A DNA stretch of 64,000 nt from positions 1-64,000 of IMG/VR virus record IMGVR_UViG_3300037067_005321. One strand, given 5' to 3'. Of this stretch, positions 9,664-20,394 are shown piece by piece. The translations under genes and the position numbers were made by a program. This stretch comes from a virus. Taxonomy: Duplodnaviria > Caudoviricetes. The first letter of the stretch is position 1; each line of letters begins with the position of its first letter. Under the pieces are notes generated by a model. The model was not told the DNA's origin. It did no database searches and saw only the letters and a list, made by a program, of their open reading frames with translations.

Positions 9664-10521
9664 ATGGGATATCTAGAGATACCTAATCTCTATAAAGAGC
9701 AAGATATTCTTTTATTTAAAGAATGTTATGCTTTAGAAAAAATACACGGTACTTCAGCACATATTTCATGGAATGAAAATAAATTAAGTTTATTTTCTGG
9801 CGAAAATAAAGATTATTTTATTAATATGTTCAATCATGAATTTTTAAAAAATGAATTTACTAAATTAAATATTCCAAAAATAAGTATTTTCGGTGAATTT
9901 TATGGTGGTAAATGCCAAGGAATGTCAGATACTTATGGTAAAATACCAAGATTTGTTTCATTTGAGGTAAAAATAGGAGAAAATTGGTTATCAGTACCAA
10001 ATGCAGAAGAAATTGTAAAAATATTTAATTTAGATTTTGTTCCATATACAAAGTGCTTAACTGATATAAAACTCTTAGATGAATTAAGAGATAAACCATC
10101 TGATCAATCTATTAAATGTGGTATTCTAGAACCTAGAAAAAGAGAGGGAATAGTTTTAAGACCACTTATTGAAGTTAGGAAAAATAATGGTTCTAGAATT
10201 ATAGCAAAACACAAAGCTGATGATTTTAGAGAAACAAAAAACAAAAGATCATTAAATAAAAATGAACTATTAATTTTATCTGATGCAAAAGCTATAGCAG
10301 AAGAATGGGTAACAGAGATGAGATTATCTCATGTCCTTCAAGAATTTGAAAAACCAACAATAGAGGATACTGGTAAAATAATTAAAGCTATGTTTTCTGA
10401 TATTGTAAAAGAGTCAAAAGGAGAAGTTGAGTATTTAGATTTAGCAAGTAAAGAAATAAGTAGGAAAACAGCTCTAATGTTTAAAAATAGATTAAAAAAT
10501 TCTTTATTATTGAAAAAATAA
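9664..10521 (+). CDS. ATP-dependent RNA ligase (Rnl2-like)
   Basis: Motif I EKIHGTS, FGEFYG, REGIVLRP, IAKHK. Confidence 0.8.
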   Translation: MGYLEIPNLYKEQDILLFKECYALEKIHGTSAHISWNENKLSLFSGENKDYFINMFNHEFLKNEFTKLNIPKISIFGEFYGGKCQGMSDTYGKIPRFVSFEVKIGENWLSVPNAEEIVKIFNLDFVPYTKCLTDIKLLDELRDKPSDQSIKCGILEPRKREGIVLRPLIEVRKNNGSRIIAKHKADDFRETKNKRSLNKNELLILSDAKAIAEEWVTEMRLSHVLQEFEKPTIEDTGKIIKAMFSDIVKESKGEVEYLDLASKEISRKTALMFKNRLKNSLLLKK

Positions 10522-10555
10522 TTTGTGATTTTATTTAACCTAAAATGTTTATAAT

Positions 10556-10649
10556 TATATGGCTAGGGATGTACACCTGAAAAGAAGGTACTTCCAACCT
10601 TCCTGCCATATATTTTAGAATGGAAGATAAATCAATGGAAGTGATTAAT
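10556..10649 (+). ncRNA. structured leader, class A copy 1 (candidate cis-regulatory RNA)
   Basis: Closing stem TATATGGC/GCCATATA; hairpin GAAGGT-ACTTCCA-ACCTTC whose loop is complementary to TGGAAGT (10636-10642) at the RBS. Confidence 0.75.
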
Positions 10650-11552
10650 ATGCCTAGAAAATTAGAATATGAGTTTATTAGAGAACAATTTGAAAAAAGT
10701 GGATGGACACTTTTAAGTAAAAAATATATTAATTCTAAAAAAAAGTTAAATGTAATGTGTGATAATGGTCATAAAATAAAAGTAAGATATGATCAATTTA
10801 AAGATGGTATAGGATGCTCTATTTGCTCCTTTGATAAAAAAAGACTATCTATAGATTTTGTAAAATCTGAATTAGAAAAATATGGGTTTATTCTAATATC
10901 AAAAAAATATATATCAGCAATAAAAAAGATTAAAATAAAATGTAAAGAAGGTCATATAACCACTACAACTTGGTCAATTTGGAAAGAACATAAATCATGC
11001 TCAGAATGTTCTAATAATAAAAAAAGAATATCATTAGGGATAATATTAAATAAATTAAATATATTAGGTATATATTTACTATCTAAACATTATACTAATA
11101 ATAAACAAAAATTAAAGCTAAAATGTAAAAATGGTCATATATTCTATTCTAGGTGGAATGATATTGATCAAGGACATACACAATGTAGACAATGTTATTT
11201 AAATTCTAAAATAGTTTATGATATAAAAGACATAGACAAATTCTATAAATATAGAATAATAGTACAAAGATTAACTAGAAAAATGTATAAACAATTTAAG
11301 GAATTAATAAATCCAAATAATTTAGAAAGATCGCAGGGAGCTAATCATCATCTAGATCATAAATTTTCAGTATTAGACGGATTTTTAAATAATATATCTC
11401 CTGAAATAATATCAAATCTATATAATTTACAAATGTTGCCTTGGTTAGAAAATTCAATTTATAAAAAGGGAAGTTCATCTATATCATATAAAGAGTTAAT
11501 GATAGGTTGGGAATTATATAATATATATTATATAGAAAATATTATTTATTAA
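10650..11552 (+). CDS. free-standing HNH-type endonuclease with 3 tandem Zn-ribbon repeats (start probably 10650)
   Basis: 3 x C..GH...C..C repeats; HLDHKFSVLDGF...NLQML...N C-terminal domain. Confidence 0.75.
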   Translation: MPRKLEYEFIREQFEKSGWTLLSKKYINSKKKLNVMCDNGHKIKVRYDQFKDGIGCSICSFDKKRLSIDFVKSELEKYGFILISKKYISAIKKIKIKCKEGHITTTTWSIWKEHKSCSECSNNKKRISLGIILNKLNILGIYLLSKHYTNNKQKLKLKCKNGHIFYSRWNDIDQGHTQCRQCYLNSKIVYDIKDIDKFYKYRIIVQRLTRKMYKQFKELINPNNLERSQGANHHLDHKFSVLDGFLNNISPEIISNLYNLQMLPWLENSIYKKGSSSISYKELMIGWELYNIYYIENIIY

Positions 11553-11555
11553 AAT

Positions 11556-11591
11556 AAAAGGCTACTTACTCTATTTGTAAGTAGCCTTTTT
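11556..11591. terminator. bidirectional rho-independent terminator
   Basis: AAAAGGCTACTTAC-TCTATTT-GTAAGTAGCCTTTTT between the convergent arms. Confidence 0.9.
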
Positions 11592-11609
11592 GCTAGGATA
11601 GGTGTATAT

Positions 11610-12515
11610 TTATTTGACTAGCCAAGAATTTGCTGTGGCAAGGTAGAAATCACGCACTCCATACTTATCAGTAATATGGGTAGCTGCTCCACTTTTATTA
11701 TTACTCCAATAAATTAAATCACTGGCATTATAACGTGACGCAATGAGGTCAGAAGCACTATTATTGCAAAGTACTAAATGCCTACCAACATTTCCACTGC
11801 TTCCTTTAGGAAGTTTAACTCTAGTCTTGCTACTATTTCCAGACAATAATATGGTAAAATCTGTATTAGTTGCAGTATAATCAACACTTATTGTTTTAGA
11901 TTTATGTTTATAAAAGTTACTATCTATTACTCTGAATGCTTTTGTTATAATGTAAGCTGAATTTGTATCTGAAGTAGATAGTTCTGGAATTGATAAATGG
12001 GGTGTAAAGGAAGTAAGTATTTGGTAGTTCATTCCAGACATAGTAGTTCCATACTGATAACTTGCTACAAAATCAGCAGTTGCAGTTAAATTACTTCCTA
12101 AAGTTATAGAGAATGATCCTAAATTATAGTCTATAGTCCCACTACCGGGAGGAGAAGCATCCCCAGATAAAGTTCCAGCACCATTATCTGTAAAATGCTC
12201 ATAACTGGCATTAATTGTTACTGTATTAGCTAAAATAGGTACATTGTCAATGTATCCAGAATACATCTTAGTTGCAGCCAATCCAGTAGCAACAACTTCA
12301 TTAGTAACATACCCCCAATAATTAGAATTTTCATAATTAGAAGATAATGTTAAGTTAGTTGCTGAATTTACAGAAGCTATATCATAAAAAACTGATTCAT
12401 CAGAGATTTTAAATATATCTCCTTGACCAATATATGTTGTAAATTCAGTACTATTTCCTATTACTTTAGCTGATCCAGGCTTTATGGTTACAGAATTTAC
12501 TGAGTACACGGACAT
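11610..12515 (-). CDS. putative tail fibre/accessory virion protein
   Basis: Ser/Thr/Gly-rich beta-type sequence (VIGNSTEF, GSGTIDYNLG) at the end of the tail module. Confidence 0.6.
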   Translation of the reverse strand: MSVYSVNSVTIKPGSAKVIGNSTEFTTYIGQGDIFKISDESVFYDIASVNSATNLTLSSNYENSNYWGYVTNEVVATGLAATKMYSGYIDNVPILANTVTINASYEHFTDNGAGTLSGDASPPGSGTIDYNLGSFSITLGSNLTATADFVASYQYGTTMSGMNYQILTSFTPHLSIPELSTSDTNSAYIITKAFRVIDSNFYKHKSKTISVDYTATNTDFTILLSGNSSKTRVKLPKGSSGNVGRHLVLCNNSASDLIASRYNASDLIYWSNNKSGAATHITDKYGVRDFYLATANSWLVK

Positions 12516-12560
12516 TATTTATACCTCAATATATCAATCACATAATTATTATGTGTAAAA

Positions 12561-13079
12561 TTACCACTCAAATTGACAAAAGCTCTCTAATAGAGAAAAG
12601 TCTTCTCTTGTTAAATTAATATCTGTATTAGTTATAACACATCTTTTCTCTTTTTTATATATCTCATTATCAAAATTATATAATATATCTCTACCATATA
12701 TAGTACATTTGTCTAGTTCTAAACCACTATCTATAGATAAAAGATCAGACCATTCTTTTAAATCTGTTGAAGATATGAAAATAGTTCTTTTAAACTCTTC
12801 AATCTTTTTCTTATTTTCCTCTTCAGTCCCTGATAAAGTTAAAGAATATTCATTAGTTTTTTCATCTATATATTTATCTATTATCTCTTTTCTTCTTTCA
12901 GAATATTCCTGAAATTCTGGTGATTTTATTATCTTCTTCTGAAAAACCCCATAATCAAATGCTGATTTTCCTGTTATACATTTGTCTAGTTTTATAAATG
13001 ATTTTCCCAAAGGATTTTCTGGATTAATGAAATATTCAAATACTACATTGTAAAACTTTATTTTCTCTTTTTCTCCCAT
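12561..13079 (-). CDS. hypothetical protein
   Basis: GGAG RBS and its own promoter-like sequence. Confidence 0.65.
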   Translation of the reverse strand: MGEKEKIKFYNVVFEYFINPENPLGKSFIKLDKCITGKSAFDYGVFQKKIIKSPEFQEYSERRKEIIDKYIDEKTNEYSLTLSGTEEENKKKIEEFKRTIFISSTDLKEWSDLLSIDSGLELDKCTIYGRDILYNFDNEIYKKEKRCVITNTDINLTREDFSLLESFCQFEW

Positions 13080-13121
13080 CTATTGTTCTCCATTTTAAAT
13101 AATAATATTAATAAAAAAGGT

Positions 13122-13150
13122 ATACTAGCAAAAATAAGTAATATAGTCAA
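13122..13150 (-). promoter_or_regulatory. sigma70-like promoter
   Basis: TTGACT-N17-TAGTAT with a TG extension, upstream of 13079. Confidence 0.45.
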
Positions 13151-13193
13151 TAACTCCCCATGTTACATCACCTCAATATAATATAATCATTAA

Positions 13194-16100
13194 TTAACTT
13201 TTGTCAAGTGTTTTTTTCAAGTTTTCATAATCTTCTTTTAGAGAGTTAAAATCTCTATATAATTGCATTAAAGAACCTCGTAACCATGACGGCCAAATCT
13301 TAGAGGACATTGAGGGATTTCCTCTTGAACTTTTCATAATATCTCCCTTTTTCCACATTAATTCTTTTGTAAAAGGGTTATACATATCTTCAGCAGCCTT
13401 GACTAAGGCCCATTCTGGTAAAGTATTATCATCAATAAATTCTAAGCCCGATATTGGATCATATTTTCCTGAGCCTTTGATTTTTGCCAATTCTGCAAGA
13501 TCATCTCTATCATCTAAGAAAAAGAAATCTGCTTCTTCATTTACATTATAGACCCATAATTGATCCCATTGATAAGAAGTGCCATATCCAAGACTTATAC
13601 CTCGATCTGTAGAAGGAACTAAACCAGCAGTATTATAGCCCATTGATCGAAGTGTTCCATTGGCATCAGCAGTAAAGGTTATATTAGAAGCATTATTTGC
13701 TCCAGTGACAGTGATTAATGCATAATCATTTGAATCATAAGTAGTTTTCAATGTTGCTACAATTTCACTACTTGCATTAGATAATCTAAAATCTACAATA
13801 TTTACACCAGCTTGATATATAGTAATATATGAAAAAGGATTAGCACTTTCATTTAGCTGCATTACAATCTTCCCATAATTATTAGCGTCATACGTAACAC
13901 TGCTTGAAAATATAGCACTATTTGAGAAATAAGACCCCACACTTGAAACCCATACAACATCTGATGTGGCTGATCTCATCCTAATATATGTATCGTCTAT
14001 GGAAATATTATGTTTTCCAGTCCCTGTTTGACCAACAGTTATTGCCGAAGCACTTGAGTCTATAGAAATTAAATTTGTGGTATTATTCCTGAAATACATT
14101 GCTCCTGAACTAATAAGGATATTATTTTGGCTGGTGGACGCCCTACCTATAAGAACTGTAGATCCAAAAGAAGATAAAACAGTTGATCCACTTTTAACTT
14201 CTACCCCAGAGGAACTTACTTTTGTGTGATAACCAGCTTGATTCCCAAAATAAGCATTTCCACTAGTATCCCATTGACTATATACAGTTGTATTTACCCC
14301 TATTCTCAATCCATTAGTCTGTTCAATCGAAAACCATGCTTTTGATGCAGTTGCATATTGTCCTGCTGCTAATCCATAAATAGCAGAGGAATACCCATAG
14401 GAGCCATTAAGATTTCCTAATCTAAGTTGGGTAGTTAATGTAGTCCAGGGACTTCCAGCATGAGTAAACATGGAAATATATGGAGCATTAGTTTCTGAGG
14501 AAGTAAGATAAATTCCACCATCCCCGGACTGCCCAAAATTTGTAACACAAGTTCCTTTAGACCATGCCGGATTAGTATCAACCTCATACATAGCATTTTT
14601 GTCTCTTGAAACAGTATATGCCCCACTGGAAGTATCAGTATAATAAGTGTAAAAGCAAAGATCCACACTAGAATATGCAGTATAAGAACTTATATAATCA
14701 CATGAATTTCCATTATGAGTAGGAGAAATGGAATCTCCCCCAACTACAATATAATCAGTTGCACTACTTCCTGAAAACTCAATTGTTACAACATAATTGG
14801 TATCATCCACAGTTGTATATGGAGATGAAAAAGTAAAATCAGTAAGAGCAAAATCTGTGGTTAATGTTGAGACATCAAAAGCATCTGATGTAGCTAAAGC
14901 TTCTCCAGTTGGTACACTAGATACACCAAATGTTCCAGAATGAGCATATAATTTTGCATAAGCTGAACCTGTAGGACTGCTTGTTTTTTTCAAATAGAAT
15001 GATGCTTTTGTTAAAGCACTTCCATTACCTGTTATTGACTGTCCTCTTATAGAAGTAGGTGTACCTGCTGCAACTGTATAATACACATAGTATATTCTAT
15101 CATAAATAGAAGTAAGCCAAGCTGACGTTGCAATGTTATAATAAACACCATTTCCCTCATCTTCTGGAGTTCCATCAACCCCTATTGAAATATCATTACT
15201 AGCATCTGATGAGGTACTCGTAAATTGCAATGTGGTAACATAACGAGTTCCATTTACTGTAGCAACAGGAGATGAAAATGTGAAAGTAACAATTTGATAA
15301 CTTGTAGTTAATCCAGTGGCTACATCTACAGTTGCTGATGTTCCTAAAGCTGCCCCAGTAGGCAAACCAGAAGTACCCCAAGTTCCAGTATGAGCATAAA
15401 TTACTGCACTCATCGTTCCCGTGGGACTACCAACTTTTTTAATATAAAAACTTACCTTAGTTATTGACTCCCCATTTCCGGTAAATGTCTGCCCTCTTTC
15501 AAGAACATAGCCAGAATACATGAAACTATCTGTAGTCTGATTGGAAGAGGCATAACTATCCATCAAAGTATCTACTGCTGGAGAACTGTAACCTATTGAA
15601 TAATCAGTAGAATTATTACTTTCTGAATAACTATCCATTGTGGCTTCTTCACCTGTAGCAGTTACTTGAAACCACTCATCCTCTCCACCATCTTTTATCC
15701 TTAAAATATCACCAACAGAAAAAGTCTCATCACCTTTTATTGTCATTGTACATGAGTCTAAGGCTGTCATAGCTTCATCTAATACATCTGCTGGCCTGAT
15801 TAATACACTTCCACCAACTACAGAAATAGAGTCCTTTTGGAATACTGAGGCATGTATAACTCCTCTAGCAACAATATTTCCGACTTCTAGTAAATTAGAA
15901 TTAAGAATAAATCCTGCACCTAAATATCCGGAAACATAATTAGAACTTTGTATTGACATAGATGCACCATCTAGTTCTACATATGTTCCAGAATTATGAC
16001 CTAATCTCATCCTTGAATTTTCAGAATCAAGAAAGAAATAATCAGAATATAATAAAGATCCAGAAATAGTAAAATTACCAACATTGATTTGGTTATCTAC

Positions 16101-19100
16101 GCTATTGGCATTTTCAGACGCACTACTTGATGATGAATATTGACCATGCCAATCTACATCTCTAACCATACATGTAATAAGTGCTTTATTTCCGGCAGTT
16201 GCTAATTGAGCAGATGTTAATACAATAGATACATAATTGTTTTCTAAATTAACCCAAGCACTATATCCTTCCCCTGATACATCATAACTATATTGATAAT
16301 ATCTATGATCTAAATCAGTACCTTTATTCCATTCAAACTTTACACCACCAGGGATTCCAGATGCAGTAAGACCTGTTATATCGATAGGAGGAGAATTATA
16401 TGCTTCAAATGGTAAACTATACTCTGATTCACCACCATTCCTGCTTCTGGTAGCTATTTTAAAATATAATTTATTGTAATATCCACCATAAATAGTATTA
16501 TTTGCATCTGATAAGCAAGTATCATATGTATAAGTATACTGAGTAGTATTTACATATTCTGTTCTTAATAATTTAGACTCATCATTAGGATCAGAATAGT
16601 ATATTTTTACAATATAGCCATCAACAGAGTCTGTTGAACTATTTAAGGATACAGGATTCCAAAAAATAGTTATATCCTTACCATCCCATTTGTGGGTATT
16701 TGGCATATACCCACTTATGCATATTCCAGAGGGGCAAACCAAATCTGTAGGCATATTTGGTAAAAAGCAACTTACATATGAGTAAGCACTCCCTATACCA
16801 CTATTAGTTTTTCCTTGTAATCTAAAGTAATATGTTGCATTGGTTGCTAATGAATTGTTTATATATTTTAATGTATTATTATATATACTTCCTATGCTTT
16901 CATAAGTTCCATTATTAGTTACTGAAAACTCCACTATTATATAATCAGCATTAGTACATATAGCACTTATATTAAATCCTATTTCCCCACTGCTATTCAA
17001 AGCAACAATTGATATATTAGTTGGTTTTGCTAATTTTATAGTTGTAGGATTAGATAAATCTGTATCATTATTTTCTATTATAGATATAGTAGGCTCAGTA
17101 TATACCGAGGGAATATGATTTACAAGAGTAAGATCTACTTCATCTACTTTAGATCTTTTTACTTCTGTAAGTCTATATGGTTTTATATATGTACTTTTCT
17201 TACCAATTGCATATACAGCATCTGATTTTGGATATTCAGAATCAGGCCAATTTTGTAAAGAAGCTGTTTGTGAAACATTTCCATTTAAAATAGTAGCTGT
17301 TACAAAATTATTATCTGATGTTTGATACTTAATTAAATAAGTTGCTGTTACATCAGTAAAAGTATAGGTAGCTTCCAAGCTAACAGTCTTATTAGTAGCA
17401 TTATAGGATAATATCCTTCCACTATTTCCCCACCCAGGCAATGTATGAGAGATATTAACTATATCTCCAGCAGATGCATGTATATAATCTAGACCAACTT
17501 TAAAATTTATAACATGGTTGCTATTAATAGCATTACTGTGTTTGAATTTTAACTCTCTCTCAGCTTTTTGTCTATTTACTATTCCTTTTAGTCCTATACT
17601 AGATTTAGTAGATTTAATTAAGTCTGTATCTTCAGCAATAGATGATAAAAGCTTCTGTTGGTAATCATCAGAAGCATCAATATATTGGCCTTCCAAAATA
17701 TAAGGAATTTCTGTCAAATTAGTAAAAGATTGAGAAAAACTATCCTTTATTATATTTCCTAAAGAAAGTGTATGTATTGGGGTATCATTTTTATTGATTA
17801 TAAAGCTAATTACTCCATTTTTCCAGACAGGCCAACACCTAAAACTATTGCACATTTCAGCTAATGATGTAATAGCTGCTTGTTGCGTTTCTAAGACACC
17901 ATCAAATGTATGATAATGTTCTTTAATAGTTCCAGACATTGATGCATCAGATATTGTTACGGATCTATCATTAGTATCTCCCAATGCAAAAATATTTAAT
18001 CCTATATAAGCTATATTTGGATTAGTACATGTTATTGTAACAGATACATTACCTGAACCTGTATTACAGGTATTAGATCCTAACCAAACAAGATTAGTTT
18101 TGTTAGTAAAATTATCTTTACTTGCTGCTCCATATGCATTTACATTCAATCTTCCATTACGAGACATATTTAAAATCAATGTATATGTTCCACGCACTGA
18201 TAAAGTAGAACTTAGTCTAAATCCTACAGTATATCCATATGCACCACTCAGTATTATTTGTCTATTTGTTGCTGATGATGTTACAGCACCAGTATTTTCC
18301 CAAGCAGACCCCCACCAATACTTCGTCCATAAATTACTATTTATAACTGAATACCAACCAATATAATCAGGTTGGTTTCCATCATATGGATCATATGAAA
18401 CATGGCATGTTTTAATATTTGCTACCATCTCTGAAGTATTTAGGTCAGAAGAGGATAAATAATTGCCTAATCCAAATCTTTTATTTAAAACTAAATCTCT
18501 AACACATAAAATTGAATTATTTGAATATTCTGTCTTATATGTAACTTCATCCCAAGTTCTTTCAACCCCACCAGAAGTTTCAAATCTACTATTAGTAGAA
18601 CTATAATATGCAGAATCAAATGTTCCAGTCCCAGATAAAGATGGTACACTTATTTTTTTACCTTTAATAGTAGTTATAATATTAGGTATAGATCCAGATA
18701 ATTGATCTGTAGCTTTAATCTTTAATCCAAGTAATGCAGTATTGGGATATATAAAATTACCAGAAGTTACTTCTGTAATTGAATATAGCTGTATGCTATC
18801 TGCTACTTTATAATCAGAAGAAACTCCGGTTGTTCTTTGTAATTTTATAGAATATATTCCTTTTCCAAGACCATATGTAAGACTATCAAAATCTAAATAA
18901 AAACAGTCCCAAACAGCACTCTTGCTGGAATCTGTCATAGTTCTAGAATCAGCAGATGATGAATAAACAGTAGAATAAATTTCAATCTCATTTCCTACTT
19001 TTGCTAATTCAGGACTAACCCAAATAGTGTAATCTCCAATATAAGCAACCTCATTTGTCCAAGAATTACTCTCATATCCTGTTGATGTATTATAGTATAT

Positions 19101-20393
19101 ATGATTAGTACAATTTACAGTTAAGTAAGTAATTGATTTAGTAACAGTATTTGTACATTGTAAATATATAGTATAAATATCCGTATAGTTTCTATTACCA
19201 CCACTTACACCAGAATAACTAGTATAAGATGTTGTGTCTTTATAAACTTTTACTCTATAAGTTTCGGGTCTTATTCCAGAAGCATATGTTTCCCAAGGAG
19301 TATATCTAACCGCCCATATATTTTCAATTACTCCTGATATAGCTTTATAACCTACTAGATATTCTATAATTGTGGCAGAATGCCAAGTTTCTTCAGATTC
19401 CTCTTTATAAGATACACTATATTTAACTGATTGAGAAGCAAATCCAGAATCAGTTATTTTATATAAAGCAGGAGCTTTAACTTGTATAAGTACTTTATTA
19501 ACTTCTTTAGTCGTAGTATATGTAGTACCATCTAGAGTTATTTCCTTTTCTAGTGTATATAAAGCTCTAGCACCATCAAAATATGGGATAATATTTTGTT
19601 CAAAAGGATAAAACTCATTATTTGCTCCTACATTGTTAGTTCCAGTTCTATACCACCAACTTATATCTGTATAAGTATATAATGGCTGATCATTAATTAA
19701 TATTGCTGGATCTTTATATCCAACTCCTAAAGAATCGTTACTTGAAGTTGAATTTATATCTGAAGTAGTACATATAGAAGTATTATCTGAATATTGGCAA
19801 ATACCTTCTATTTCTCCTTCACATAATGCCAATAACATATATAAATAGCTATCTTTACCCTCACTCAATACATATGCTGAAATTAAATTTCCACCTACAG
19901 CATGTGTACCATATACTATAGGTATAGGTGCTTCATTAGATGCTATAGTAGAAATTCCTGACCAATTATATGTTTGAGATCCGCTGGAAGAAGTTGAAGC
20001 TGTTAATTGAGGTAAGTCTGGGGAGAATAGAGCACTCGATATAACTGATAATGCTCCACTAATCAGTAATGCATAACCTACAGATTTAAGAGGAGTAAAT
20101 ATTATTAATATAGCACCAATTGCTACAGATAGAAATCCACCACTTTCATTACTGCCATATTGTGGGTATAATACAATTAAATCATCTCGGGATACCTTGG
20201 TAGAAATCCACACATCTGGATGTTGTATTTCACCATTTAGTTGTATAACAACTTTTTGTGACATAATTATGTCATAAAGTTTTTTATCCTGCTGTTTAGC
20301 ATATGAATAGCAACTACCTAATAATGTATCATTATCAACAGATACAAATTCCGCGGTCTCATCAGGCAGATTTCTAAATGTAACTTTTGACAA
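13194..20393 (-). CDS. tail tip/central fibre protein (lambda gpI+gpJ-like fusion)
   Basis: gpI-like N-terminus, PIPIVYG, ALCEGEIEGI, YPNTALLGL, FN3-like repeats and C-terminal coiled coil; follows NlpC/P60. Confidence 0.88.
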   Translation of the reverse strand: MSKVTFRNLPDETAEFVSVDNDTLLGSCYSYAKQQDKKLYDIIMSQKVVIQLNGEIQHPDVWISTKVSRDDLIVLYPQYGSNESGGFLSVAIGAILIIFTPLKSVGYALLISGALSVISSALFSPDLPQLTASTSSSGSQTYNWSGISTIASNEAPIPIVYGTHAVGGNLISAYVLSEGKDSYLYMLLALCEGEIEGICQYSDNTSICTTSDINSTSSNDSLGVGYKDPAILINDQPLYTYTDISWWYRTGTNNVGANNEFYPFEQNIIPYFDGARALYTLEKEITLDGTTYTTTKEVNKVLIQVKAPALYKITDSGFASQSVKYSVSYKEESEETWHSATIIEYLVGYKAISGVIENIWAVRYTPWETYASGIRPETYRVKVYKDTTSYTSYSGVSGGNRNYTDIYTIYLQCTNTVTKSITYLTVNCTNHIYYNTSTGYESNSWTNEVAYIGDYTIWVSPELAKVGNEIEIYSTVYSSSADSRTMTDSSKSAVWDCFYLDFDSLTYGLGKGIYSIKLQRTTGVSSDYKVADSIQLYSITEVTSGNFIYPNTALLGLKIKATDQLSGSIPNIITTIKGKKISVPSLSGTGTFDSAYYSSTNSRFETSGGVERTWDEVTYKTEYSNNSILCVRDLVLNKRFGLGNYLSSSDLNTSEMVANIKTCHVSYDPYDGNQPDYIGWYSVINSNLWTKYWWGSAWENTGAVTSSATNRQIILSGAYGYTVGFRLSSTLSVRGTYTLILNMSRNGRLNVNAYGAASKDNFTNKTNLVWLGSNTCNTGSGNVSVTITCTNPNIAYIGLNIFALGDTNDRSVTISDASMSGTIKEHYHTFDGVLETQQAAITSLAEMCNSFRCWPVWKNGVISFIINKNDTPIHTLSLGNIIKDSFSQSFTNLTEIPYILEGQYIDASDDYQQKLLSSIAEDTDLIKSTKSSIGLKGIVNRQKAERELKFKHSNAINSNHVINFKVGLDYIHASAGDIVNISHTLPGWGNSGRILSYNATNKTVSLEATYTFTDVTATYLIKYQTSDNNFVTATILNGNVSQTASLQNWPDSEYPKSDAVYAIGKKSTYIKPYRLTEVKRSKVDEVDLTLVNHIPSVYTEPTISIIENNDTDLSNPTTIKLAKPTNISIVALNSSGEIGFNISAICTNADYIIVEFSVTNNGTYESIGSIYNNTLKYINNSLATNATYYFRLQGKTNSGIGSAYSYVSCFLPNMPTDLVCPSGICISGYMPNTHKWDGKDITIFWNPVSLNSSTDSVDGYIVKIYYSDPNDESKLLRTEYVNTTQYTYTYDTCLSDANNTIYGGYYNKLYFKIATRSRNGGESEYSLPFEAYNSPPIDITGLTASGIPGGVKFEWNKGTDLDHRYYQYSYDVSGEGYSAWVNLENNYVSIVLTSAQLATAGNKALITCMVRDVDWHGQYSSSSSASENANSVDNQINVGNFTISGSLLYSDYFFLDSENSRMRLGHNSGTYVELDGASMSIQSSNYVSGYLGAGFILNSNLLEVGNIVARGVIHASVFQKDSISVVGGSVLIRPADVLDEAMTALDSCTMTIKGDETFSVGDILRIKDGGEDEWFQVTATGEEATMDSYSESNNSTDYSIGYSSPAVDTLMDSYASSNQTTDSFMYSGYVLERGQTFTGNGESITKVSFYIKKVGSPTGTMSAVIYAHTGTWGTSGLPTGAALGTSATVDVATGLTTSYQIVTFTFSSPVATVNGTRYVTTLQFTSTSSDASNDISIGVDGTPEDEGNGVYYNIATSAWLTSIYDRIYYVYYTVAAGTPTSIRGQSITGNGSALTKASFYLKKTSSPTGSAYAKLYAHSGTFGVSSVPTGEALATSDAFDVSTLTTDFALTDFTFSSPYTTVDDTNYVVTIEFSGSSATDYIVVGGDSISPTHNGNSCDYISSYTAYSSVDLCFYTYYTDTSSGAYTVSRDKNAMYEVDTNPAWSKGTCVTNFGQSGDGGIYLTSSETNAPYISMFTHAGSPWTTLTTQLRLGNLNGSYGYSSAIYGLAAGQYATASKAWFSIEQTNGLRIGVNTTVYSQWDTSGNAYFGNQAGYHTKVSSSGVEVKSGSTVLSSFGSTVLIGRASTSQNNILISSGAMYFRNNTTNLISIDSSASAITVGQTGTGKHNISIDDTYIRMRSATSDVVWVSSVGSYFSNSAIFSSSVTYDANNYGKIVMQLNESANPFSYITIYQAGVNIVDFRLSNASSEIVATLKTTYDSNDYALITVTGANNASNITFTADANGTLRSMGYNTAGLVPSTDRGISLGYGTSYQWDQLWVYNVNEEADFFFLDDRDDLAELAKIKGSGKYDPISGLEFIDDNTLPEWALVKAAEDMYNPFTKELMWKKGDIMKSSRGNPSMSSKIWPSWLRGSLMQLYRDFNSLKEDYENLKKTLDKS

Positions 20394-20394
20394 A

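Noticed and set aside
11610-20393. Diversity-generating retroelement acting on tail fibres
   Set aside because: No reverse transcriptase and no near-identical repeat pair differing at adenines were seen; the duplicated modules are highly diverged.
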